A stretch of 64,000 nucleotides of DNA from Nanobdellota archaeon (GTDB taxonomy: Archaea; Nanobdellota; Nanobdellia; Pacearchaeales; GW2011-AR1): NCBI GenBank assembly GCA_038045945.1, contig JBBSXC010000004.1:224001-288000 (forward strand), in the 5' to 3' direction. Below the pieces are notes generated by a model. That model saw nothing but the letters and a program-made list of their open reading frames with translations, did no database searches and had not been told where the DNA came from. Within the stretch, counting starts at the first letter, position 1. Each line of letters starts with the position of its first letter. Positions 39,127-47,555 of the stretch are shown here, piece by piece. The position numbers were made by a program, and so were the translations under genes.

Positions 39127-41847
39127 TCACTGGACATAAATGGCTGGCTTCCCAGGCTTAGCCTTAGAAGACTTGCCTTGAGGATCATACTTCTTAGAAT
39201 CATTAACAGCAAAAACTTTTGTTTCCATACCCAACTTCTTAGTAAAGAATGATTCATCAAACAAATCCTTCTCTTTAGGAAGAACATAAACAAAAACTTT
39301 TGTCGCATCAATACCAGACTTCTCTTTAATTATTCTAGTTATATTATTAATGTCCTCAATAGTCTTATCAACAATTCCCTCTTGTAACTCCAATTTTTCA
39401 TCAATCTTCTTACCATCAAATGAGGGCCAATCAGCTAAACTCACAAAATCCTTATTACCCAATTTTTCCCAAACTTCTTCAGCAATATGAGGACAAGTAG
39501 GAGCAATAAGTCTGACCCACTTATCAATTATTAAATCATAAAAAGCAAAAAGCTCCTTAGATTCATCACCCATAACTGATTTAGCATCCTTAACAAGTCT
39601 TAACATATCAAAAACTGCTAAGGTGTTATACTCCCTAAGCTTCATATCAGAAATTTTTAGTGTAGCATCACGTAATATTTTATTAAACTTAGACTCAAAC
39701 AAAGGCCTAACAACTCCCTTTTTCTTACTATTAGAAGCCTTCATCATCTCATAATACAATCTTTGGAAAGTATTCTTAGTAGTTTTAACTTCTTCATTTC
39801 TCCAATCAAGAGTTCCCTCAACACTAGCTGATTGGGTAACGTAAAAACGAAAAACATCAGAACCATAATTCTCATTAATATCAAGTAAAGTTACAACATT
39901 TCCCTTACTCTTACTCATTTTAGTTCCCCCACTAATAATTACACCATGAAGACTAATGCTCTTAGGCCATGATTTCTCCGGGAATAATGACGCAAAAGCA
40001 AAAATCATAAACGAGAGGTGGTTAGAAAGATGAAGATAATAGGTATGTCTTTGATCAACAGGCATCCAATAATCAAAACTTTCCTTTATCTCTTTCAAAA
40101 CAGATTCCTTAACACCAATTATTTTAGAAACGCTCTTAGAATTACCTTCCCCGAGATAAACAAAATCAAAAAACTCTTTTTTCAGATTATCTCTCTTTAA
40201 ACCATGTTCCTTGATTAAGTGATTAATAGTGTAAAGAGTCATATAAATTGTAGAATCGGAAAGAGACTCAATAATCCATTTTTTATCAAAAGGAAAGACA
40301 GTTCCAAGACCTCTTCTTCTAGCACAAGGCCTCTTATCTAACCAGTCAATAGTGTCAAAAAACTGTTTCTTAAAATTATCTGGGGTAACAGAAACTTTTT
40401 CTAAACACTTACGAGCTTTATCTTTCCAACCAAGAGAGTTAAAATCCAAAAACCATTGGTCATCCATTACCGCAACAATAATTTTACCGCCGCTTCGTGA
40501 AAAAGCCTTACGAGAAGTCTCAAACATTGTTGTAGCAGTACCCTTTTTAATCATTTCATCTTTCATCTTCTCCTTTGCATCTTTAACACTCATATCTTTA
40601 TACTTTCCACAGTTATCATTAAGAAAACCCTTATGGAATCCCTCTTTGTAAACATCCTGTGTAAGTTTTTCGAGTTTTTTATCATCACCAAATAACGCCT
40701 TAGATAATTCAACAACAGAAACTCCTGCTTTATCACCATACTTCTCAGTTCTAATAATTGGAATAATCTCTATATCTTCAATTTCCCTAATCAAATCAGA
40801 AGAAAAACCATATGCCTTATCCAGTTTCTTATTATCCTGAAGTTCCCTCAAAGCAACATAATCATAAGGGGCATCACTAGGAACAGAAGTAACTATTCCG
40901 GTACCATAGTCTCCATCAACAAAACTTGATGGAAGAATAATAAGCTTCTTATTAATAGCTAAAGAAGTAGCATATTCGCCAATAAGTTTTTCTTTAGACC
41001 TACCTAATATTGTGATATCCTTTCTTTGATGCTTAAGTTTTTCAAGAGATTCTTTACTGATAATCCAAACCTCATCACCAACCTTTGCCTCATGATACTC
41101 CACACTAGGATTAACCCACAAATTTGTTTGACCGAAGATTGTCTCAGGACGTAAAGTCGCAGCTACTAAAATCTTTTTCTTAAAAGAAAACTTAAGAAGC
41201 GTAAACTCTACCTTTTCAACAGGATCAGTATCGCCATCCTTAATATCATCTTCTCCCATTGCACTCTCGTCAGACGGAGAATAAAGGAGAGGATAATCCT
41301 TCTTAACTAAAAAACCGTTATCATGATACTTATGAAATTGCCAATTAACCATTTCCTGATGCTCAAAATCACCAGAAGTAAAACTTCTCCTCCAATCAAC
41401 ACCAAGCCCTAACTGTTTATACTCAGAAATCATTTTAGGAATGAAAAAATCAACAATTTTTTGAGGCTGGACAAAAGACTTTACAACATCCTTAACTTTC
41501 TTTTTATCCTTAATATAAGCTGAAACATACCTCTCATAAAGCTCGATCATCTCTTTATTACCATTCTTAATAGCAGCAGAAATACCCAAGACTGGGGTAC
41601 CAGTAATATGAAAGGCTAAAGGGTATAAAACATTAAAACCGTTCATCCTCTTAAAACGAGAATAAACATCAGTTTCAACAGTAGCCCTACCATGACCTAT
41701 ATGAAGAGAGCCAGAGATATAAGGGTAAGGAGTAGTAATAAAAAACTTTTTTCTTTTATCAGGCTCAACCTCAAAAGCCTTCTTATCTTCCCACTTCTTC
41801 TGCCACTTAGACTCAACCTTTCTAAAATCATAATCTGAATCAACCAT
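39127..41847 (-). CDS. leuS: Leucine-tRNA ligase (archaeal type)
   Basis: PYPYISGSLHIGH, ATLRPET, VPSDAPYD, IESLSDSTIY, KMSKS. Confidence 0.97.
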   Translation of the reverse strand: MVDSDYDFRKVESKWQKKWEDKKAFEVEPDKRKKFFITTPYPYISGSLHIGHGRATVETDVYSRFKRMNGFNVLYPLAFHITGTPVLGISAAIKNGNKEMIELYERYVSAYIKDKKKVKDVVKSFVQPQKIVDFFIPKMISEYKQLGLGVDWRRSFTSGDFEHQEMVNWQFHKYHDNGFLVKKDYPLLYSPSDESAMGEDDIKDGDTDPVEKVEFTLLKFSFKKKILVAATLRPETIFGQTNLWVNPSVEYHEAKVGDEVWIISKESLEKLKHQRKDITILGRSKEKLIGEYATSLAINKKLIILPSSFVDGDYGTGIVTSVPSDAPYDYVALRELQDNKKLDKAYGFSSDLIREIEDIEIIPIIRTEKYGDKAGVSVVELSKALFGDDKKLEKLTQDVYKEGFHKGFLNDNCGKYKDMSVKDAKEKMKDEMIKKGTATTMFETSRKAFSRSGGKIIVAVMDDQWFLDFNSLGWKDKARKCLEKVSVTPDNFKKQFFDTIDWLDKRPCARRRGLGTVFPFDKKWIIESLSDSTIYMTLYTINHLIKEHGLKRDNLKKEFFDFVYLGEGNSKSVSKIIGVKESVLKEIKESFDYWMPVDQRHTYYLHLSNHLSFMIFAFASLFPEKSWPKSISLHGVIISGGTKMSKSKGNVVTLLDINENYGSDVFRFYVTQSASVEGTLDWRNEEVKTTKNTFQRLYYEMMKASNSKKKGVVRPLFESKFNKILRDATLKISDMKLREYNTLAVFDMLRLVKDAKSVMGDESKELFAFYDLIIDKWVRLIAPTCPHIAEEVWEKLGNKDFVSLADWPSFDGKKIDEKLELQEGIVDKTIEDINNITRIIKEKSGIDATKVFVYVLPKEKDLFDESFFTKKLGMETKVFAVNDSKKYDPQGKSSKAKPGKPAIYVQ

Positions 41848-41918
41848 AAAAGAAACTAACAAAGCATGTTTAAAAGATTAACGTGTAAGAACAATTACAA
41901 AGAAAAACTTGTTATTAT

Positions 41919-42659
41919 TTAGCCACAAGCAATTATTTGAGTACTCTGGGAAGCCTTATTCTTTATACCCCACTGAGTTTTTGATCCTTCTATACCCGTT
42001 ATGTCATCATAAAGCCATGAGTCCTGAGCACCATTATCTTGAAGATCGAGTATTTTTTGCTCTGTTCCATCACCATTATTACCCCAATCACGATTATCAG
42101 CAACAATATTACCATTAGAAAACTTGAAAGAATCAATAAACCAAAAATTTCTTTCAGCTTGCGTTGCTTGAGGAAAACTATAATATATACCTGAAGTTCC
42201 AGCTATTTCATAATAATCAGCAACTTTAACCACTCTACCAGCATTAATATCATTAACAATAAGTTTACAAGCTCTTTGAAGACAAACAGAAGGAACATTA
42301 ATCTTTAAAATATCATTTTGACTATACTGAGTTAAATTATTACCATCAAAAACCCTCTGACAAGTAACATTATTAGCCCTAGTCTCATACTCAACAGCGT
42401 TCATACCACCAAACCTGGTAGAATCAAGAGAATTCTTAGAAACTTCAGAAGTATCAACTAAACCATTCTGATTAGAATCAACAGAAGTAAGATTAGTTGA
42501 AGTAGTAGAAACAAACTGCAAAGCATGATAAGCAGAACTAGAAGGAATAACAAAAGGATTACCTGACTGACCAATAACAAAACCAATAACAGAACCAATA
42601 ACTAAGAGCAACAAAGCCCTTGTTAAAACACCCTTTTTTATATCAAAACTAAAACGCAT
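41919..42659 (-). CDS. Secreted or membrane-anchored hypothetical protein
   Basis: N-terminal hydrophobic helix; Asn/Ser-rich with Cys. Confidence 0.65.
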   Translation of the reverse strand: MRFSFDIKKGVLTRALLLLVIGSVIGFVIGQSGNPFVIPSSSAYHALQFVSTTSTNLTSVDSNQNGLVDTSEVSKNSLDSTRFGGMNAVEYETRANNVTCQRVFDGNNLTQYSQNDILKINVPSVCLQRACKLIVNDINAGRVVKVADYYEIAGTSGIYYSFPQATQAERNFWFIDSFKFSNGNIVADNRDWGNNGDGTEQKILDLQDNGAQDSWLYDDITGIEGSKTQWGIKNKASQSTQIIACG

Positions 42660-42794
42660 ACCATATTAAGGTAAATAAGACTATAAAAACCTTATTTTTT
42701 CCAAAAATAAAAGGTTTGAAAATTTGTTTAAGGCAAATTTTGAGACCTTTCATTAACACTCAAGGTTTAAATAAAAGAAGAAGCTAAAAAACAG

Positions 42795-43304
42795 ATGGCT
42801 AAAGAAATAAACATACTAATCGCTGGAGAATTAATATATAGCAACTCAGAAGAAGCAATAAACATACAAGCAACAAAAAGAATAGGAGAATACAAAGAAG
42901 GAAAAGTACACTACAGCCCAGAAGAAGCATTATACCTAATAGAAAAAAACTCAGCAAAAATAAAGAAGAATAACAAAGAAAAAAGCTTTGACGAAATACT
43001 AAGCGAACTATCAAGAAAAGACAAAAGCTTATTCGCAAAGTACTGCGCATTCAAAGACCTAGTAAACAAAGGATACATAGTAAAAACAGGACTAAAATTC
43101 GGAGGAGAATACAGAGTTTACGAAAAAAAAGAAGAACACGCAAAATGGGTACTATACGTACTAAAAGAAAAAGACTCAATAAAAATACAAGAATTGGCAT
43201 CAAAAAACAGAGTAGCACACTCAACAAACAAAAAACTATTAATAGCAGTAGTAGACAACCAAGGAGAAACAACATACTACGAACTAGAATGGAAAAAGCT
43301 ATAA
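42795..43304 (+). CDS. endA: tRNA splicing endonuclease (single-unit type)
   Basis: GLKFG.EYRVY, H, RVAHSTNKK give the Tyr/His/Lys catalytic triad. Confidence 0.92.
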   Translation: MAKEINILIAGELIYSNSEEAINIQATKRIGEYKEGKVHYSPEEALYLIEKNSAKIKKNNKEKSFDEILSELSRKDKSLFAKYCAFKDLVNKGYIVKTGLKFGGEYRVYEKKEEHAKWVLYVLKEKDSIKIQELASKNRVAHSTNKKLLIAVVDNQGETTYYELEWKKL

Positions 43305-43351
43305 TTCTGTAAGCCAACAAAATTTATAATCGGCAAAAAACAACGAATAAG

Positions 43352-44305
43352 ATGGAAGAGCAATCAGCGAATAACAAAACACAAAAACATTCAGAAACAG
43401 TAAACAAAATAATAATTCTCCTGCAAGAAAGAGGACCAACACTACCAATACACATATCAAGCCAAACAGGACTATCAATGATCTTCGCAAGCGCATTCCT
43501 ATCAGAACTAATAGGAAAAAAACTAGTAAAAACAAGCAATATGAGAATAGGTAGTTCACCACTATACTACTTACCAGGACAAGAATTACAACTACTAAAC
43601 TTTGTAGAACACATAAAGGGGCGAGAAAGAGACGCACTAGAACTAATAAAAAAAGAAGAAATAATAAGAGACGAATATTTAGAGCCAGCAATAAGAGTAG
43701 CAATGAGAAGCATAAAAGACTTCGCAAACCCAATACAAGCAAATTTGGAAGGAAAATCAACAATATTCTGGAGATTCTTCAAAATACCAGACATGGAAGC
43801 AAAAGAAAGAATAAAAGAAATGTTAGAACCAAAAAAGAAAGATGACCTAAAGGTCACAAGCGAAACAAAAAAAGAAAAAGTAATAGAAGAAATAACAGAA
43901 AACAAAAAACCAGCAAAAAAAGATAGCCTAAAAGTCATGGGCGAAAAAACCCTCCTAGAAGAAAAAGCAGAAAAGAAAGAAACAAACGACTCAGAAATAC
44001 TAGAAATAATAAAAAAACAGCTAATAAATGATGGACTAGAAATAAAAGAAGAAATAGAAGTTAAAAAAAGAGAAGGGATGATAAAAGCATCAGCAGAAAC
44101 AAAAATGGGGAAGATGGAAATACTAGTGGTATTCAAAGACAAAAAGAAAATAAGCGAAATAGACCTAGCAATGGCATTACAAAGAGCACAAAACGAAAAA
44201 ATCGCATGCTTATTCTTAAGCGAAGGAACACTAAACAAGAAAGGAATAGAGTACTTAGACACGTGGAAAAACCTACTATTTTTCAAAAGGATAAGCTTTA
44301 AATAA
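43352..44305 (+). CDS. Hypothetical protein (N-terminal wHTH-like)
   Basis: GPTLPIHIS...ASAFLSEL...GSSPLYY; charged linker; alpha/beta C-terminus. Confidence 0.7.
   Translation: MEEQSANNKTQKHSETVNKIIILLQERGPTLPIHISSQTGLSMIFASAFLSELIGKKLVKTSNMRIGSSPLYYLPGQELQLLNFVEHIKGRERDALELIKKEEIIRDEYLEPAIRVAMRSIKDFANPIQANLEGKSTIFWRFFKIPDMEAKERIKEMLEPKKKDDLKVTSETKKEKVIEEITENKKPAKKDSLKVMGEKTLLEEKAEKKETNDSEILEIIKKQLINDGLEIKEEIEVKKREGMIKASAETKMGKMEILVVFKDKKKISEIDLAMALQRAQNEKIACLFLSEGTLNKKGIEYLDTWKNLLFFKRISFK
43844..43860 (+). repeat. 17-nt palindromic dispersed motif GACCTAAAGGTCACAAG (identical copy at 44627-44643)
   Basis: Exact duplicate; variants at 3791-3806 and 39104-39119. Confidence 0.7.
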
Positions 44306-44331
44306 GGCCATTTTATCCTTAGAAGGTAATC

Positions 44332-44616
44332 ATGGGAAGAATAAAATCAACACTGATAAAAAGAACAGCAAGAATACTAGAAAAAGAAGAAGGATTCGGA
44401 GAAGGATTCGAAAGAAACAAGAAAATCTTAGGGTCAACCATGCCAAGCAAATCAGTAAGAAACAAAATAGCTGGATACATAGCAAGAATAAAGCTAAACA
44501 GAAAAAACGAAAGACCAGCAGCAGTAAAACCAAAAGAAAGAGACAGAGAAAACAGGGATGGTAGAGAAGGTGGCGGAAGATACAGAGAAAGAAGAGAATT
44601 CAACTACAACAACTAA
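44332..44616 (+). CDS. rps17e: 30S ribosomal protein S17e
   Basis: MGRIKS..IKR, FERNK, SKSVRNKIAGYI. Confidence 0.95.
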   Translation: MGRIKSTLIKRTARILEKEEGFGEGFERNKKILGSTMPSKSVRNKIAGYIARIKLNRKNERPAAVKPKERDRENRDGREGGGRYRERREFNYNN

Positions 44617-44652
44617 GAAAAAACAAGACCTAAAGGTCACAAGAGACAAAAA

Positions 44653-44964
44653 ATGACAGAAGAAAAAACAAACAAAAACGACAGTAACGACAACGTAATA
44701 TTCATCGGAGATAAACCATTCATGAACTACGTCACAGGAGTGGTAATGCAGATGAACAACAAAGAAAACAAAGAAGTAATAATCAAAGCAAGAGGAAAAT
44801 TCATATCTCGAGCAGTGGACGTAGCAGAAGTATCAAGAAAAAAATTCTTAGTAGAAACAAAAACAAAAGTATCAAAAATCGATATAGACAGTGAAGAATT
44901 CGAAAACAAAGAAGGAAAAAAAGTTAACGTTTCAACAATAGAAATAACGCTAAAAAAAGAATAA
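44653..44964 (+). CDS. albA: Chromatin/RNA-binding protein Alba
   Basis: IGDKPFMNYV, IKARGKFISRAVDVAE, VSTIEI. Confidence 0.96.
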   Translation: MTEEKTNKNDSNDNVIFIGDKPFMNYVTGVVMQMNNKENKEVIIKARGKFISRAVDVAEVSRKKFLVETKTKVSKIDIDSEEFENKEGKKVNVSTIEITLKKE

Positions 44965-45070
44965 TTCTAACCTTTCCATAACTTTTTAAACGTAAAAAAT
45001 TTCCAATTTTTTGGCTTAAAAATACAAATCACAAGCATTTTTAAATCAAAAATCTCTGCCTAATTAATAA

Positions 45071-45142
45071 GGCTGTGTAGCTCAGTGGTAGAGCATCTGT
45101 TTCATACGCAGAGGGTCGGAGGTTCAATTCCTCTCACAGCCA
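45071..45142 (+). tRNA. tRNA with CAT anticodon (elongator Met or Ile2; not initiator)
   Basis: GGCTGTG/CACAGCC-A, arm TCTGT-TTCATAC-GCAGA; lacks the initiator A1-U72 and three G-C pairs. Confidence 0.9.
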
Positions 45143-45505
45143 TTAATTAATTTTATCTCCAGACTTTCTAGGAATTAAGTGGAAGTGTAAATGGTCGACA
45201 ACTTGCCCTGCAGACTTACCGTTATTGGTGGAAAAATTGAAGCCATCATTGCCTTCGCCAAAGCGTTTATGAGCTATCTTTTTAGCAAGAAGAAAAAGTT
45301 CAGAAGCTAAAACATTAGGCAACTCCATAAAATTCTCAAAATGTTTTTTAGAAATAATTAAAGTGTGGCCTGGACTTTTAGGATGAATATCAAGAACAGC
45401 TAAAAAATTATCCGACTCATCAACAAAATCAGAACTAAACTCTTTCTCAACTATTTTACAAAAAACACAATTCCCATTTCCCATTTTTTCACTATCTTTC
45501 TTCAT
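45143..45505 (-). CDS. HIT-family hydrolase
   Basis: CVFC, PGHTLI, AGQVVDHLHFHLIPR with intact triad. Confidence 0.93.
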   Translation of the reverse strand: MKKDSEKMGNGNCVFCKIVEKEFSSDFVDESDNFLAVLDIHPKSPGHTLIISKKHFENFMELPNVLASELFLLAKKIAHKRFGEGNDGFNFSTNNGKSAGQVVDHLHFHLIPRKSGDKIN

Positions 45506-45511
45506 TTTTTA

Positions 45512-45583
45512 TGGACCTGTCGGGAATCGAACCCGAATTCAACGACTGCCAGCCGTTTGTAATAACCGTTATACGACAGGCCC
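45512..45583 (-). tRNA. tRNA-Ala(GGC)
   Basis: GGGCCTG/CAGGTCC-A with G3:U70; arm AACGG-CTGGCAG-TCGTT. Confidence 0.93.
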
Positions 45584-45590
45584 GAAAAAA

Positions 45591-47333
45591 CTAGTTAACT
45601 AGTTTACCAGCCTTATCAAAAACAATTTTACCCTTAATTAATTTATCTAAAATTTCATTAACCTCAGAAATTTTAACTCTAATCTGCTTAGTAGTATTTC
45701 TATCGCGAATAGTGACATCTTGGTCTTTGATTGAATCAGAATCCACAGTAATGCAAAAAGGAGTACCAATCTCATCGTTACGAGCATATCTTTTCCCAAC
45801 AGTTCCAGAATCATCATACTCACAAGTTATGTTATCTGATCTTAATCTTTCACAAATATCCTTAGAAATTTTAACCGCTTCTTCATCTTTTTTAACAATT
45901 GGAAAAACGGCAACCTTAATCGGTGCGAGTTTGGGATTTAATTTTAAAACAACGTTTTGTCGACTATCATCATAATTATAGGCTTCAAGCATCAAAAGCA
46001 TGAAAGCTCTTTCAACTCCTATTGCAGGTTCACAAACAACTTCTGGGAGAACTTTGCCAAATTTCGGATCCATCATTTCTAGATTTTTACCGGAAAACTT
46101 TTGGTGTTGTGTTAAATCATAATTTCCACGATCAGCAAAACCCTGAAGCTCTTTCCAACCCATTGGGAATTTATATTCTAAATCCCAAGTGTCTGAAGAA
46201 TAATGGCTCTTTTCATTAGGTAAATGCTGCCTAATGCGAAAATTATTTTTATTAACTCCGAAAGACAAAAAGAAAGAGATTTCTTCAGCAATCCAATATG
46301 CATGCCAATCTCTTTTAATAATTCCTGACGACAGTGCTTTACTAATATGCATTATTTTAGGATCATGATTTTGCAATTGCATATCTGAAGAAAAAATAAG
46401 GATTTCCTCATCTTTAATTTTGTAGGGGCACGCTTGGTTAGGAGCAATAAAATATTCCATTTCCATTTGTTCTAATTCTCTATCCCTAAAAATAAATTCT
46501 CTGGGGGAAATTTCATTACGAAAAGATTTACCGATCTGAGCGATACCAAATGGGAGGCTCATTCTAGCATTTTCTTGAACTAATTTAAAATTAGTAAAGA
46601 TGACCTGTGCTGTTTCTCCTCGAAGATAGGCCGTAGTAGGATTAAGTGCGCCCATTTGAACCGGGAACAACTGGTTAAACTTTCCTAAAACTTCAAACTC
46701 TCCGCCGCATTTTTCACACTTTGCTTTATCGACCTCTGAAGCATCAACTTTAGTAGCATTTTTACACTTCTTACATTTTACTGCGATGTCATAGAAACTA
46801 CTCAAATGGCCTGAAGCTTCCCAAACTTTTGACGGAGTAATAATAGCACCATCTATACCAGCAACGTCATCCCTGCGATGAACATGAAAATTCCACCACT
46901 CTTTCTTAATATTGTTTTTAAGTTCTACGCCAGCAGGTCCGTAATCCCAAACTCCTGCTAAACCCCCATAGATCTCAGAAGAGGGATAAACAAAACCTCT
47001 ACGTTTACAAAAAGTAGCAAGTTCCTCAACGCTAATAGGTTTCTTATCAACAACAATGTTTTCTTCAATCTTATCACTCATTTTATTAATTAAAATTTTA
47101 TCCTTAAAACCCTTTGCATTGAGAACTGTAGGATTTTGGTTTTCAACTGATAGAAGTTTATCATCAGAAAATTTCTTCGCGTTCTTTTTAAATTCTTCAG
47201 CTTTAATGATTGCCTCAATTTTAGTTTTGCCTAAATAAGCAAGAGTAACGGCTTTAATTTTACCGTTCAACCTTTTAGATTCACGCAAATAAAAGTATTC
47301 TTTACCATTAATTTTCTTTTTAGTAACAAACAT
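45591..47333 (-). CDS. glyS: Glycine-tRNA ligase (alpha2 type) with ~85-aa N-terminal extension
   Basis: SSEIYGG..G.WDYGP.G, YLRGETAQ, FRNEISPR, EPAIGVER, GKRYARNDEIGTPFC. Confidence 0.95.
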   Translation of the reverse strand: MFVTKKKINGKEYFYLRESKRLNGKIKAVTLAYLGKTKIEAIIKAEEFKKNAKKFSDDKLLSVENQNPTVLNAKGFKDKILINKMSDKIEENIVVDKKPISVEELATFCKRRGFVYPSSEIYGGLAGVWDYGPAGVELKNNIKKEWWNFHVHRRDDVAGIDGAIITPSKVWEASGHLSSFYDIAVKCKKCKNATKVDASEVDKAKCEKCGGEFEVLGKFNQLFPVQMGALNPTTAYLRGETAQVIFTNFKLVQENARMSLPFGIAQIGKSFRNEISPREFIFRDRELEQMEMEYFIAPNQACPYKIKDEEILIFSSDMQLQNHDPKIMHISKALSSGIIKRDWHAYWIAEEISFFLSFGVNKNNFRIRQHLPNEKSHYSSDTWDLEYKFPMGWKELQGFADRGNYDLTQHQKFSGKNLEMMDPKFGKVLPEVVCEPAIGVERAFMLLMLEAYNYDDSRQNVVLKLNPKLAPIKVAVFPIVKKDEEAVKISKDICERLRSDNITCEYDDSGTVGKRYARNDEIGTPFCITVDSDSIKDQDVTIRDRNTTKQIRVKISEVNEILDKLIKGKIVFDKAGKLVN

Positions 47334-47337
47334 AGAA

Positions 47338-47429
47338 TTAGGTACTACAATGATGTATAAAAATGCTTAGGTAGTGTTTTTAAAACCTCTACTTAGGTAC
47401 TACCTAAGATTAAGGTTTGTAGTGCCTAA
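47338..47429. promoter_or_regulatory. Cluster of TTAGGTACTAC-like sites including the palindrome CTTAGGTA-C-TACCTAAG
   Basis: Sites at 47338-47350, 47366-47376, 47392-47408 and 47417-47429 (inverted), immediately upstream of glyS. Confidence 0.65.
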
Positions 47430-47555
47430 AATGCCCTTTTGGGTCAAATTTCACTTAAGAGAAAATTAACAAAAACTCTTTACATAAATAATAGGTAATT
47501 AATGCATAAATAAGAAGCTTTATAAACATAAATTACACACATATAATGGGTATTT

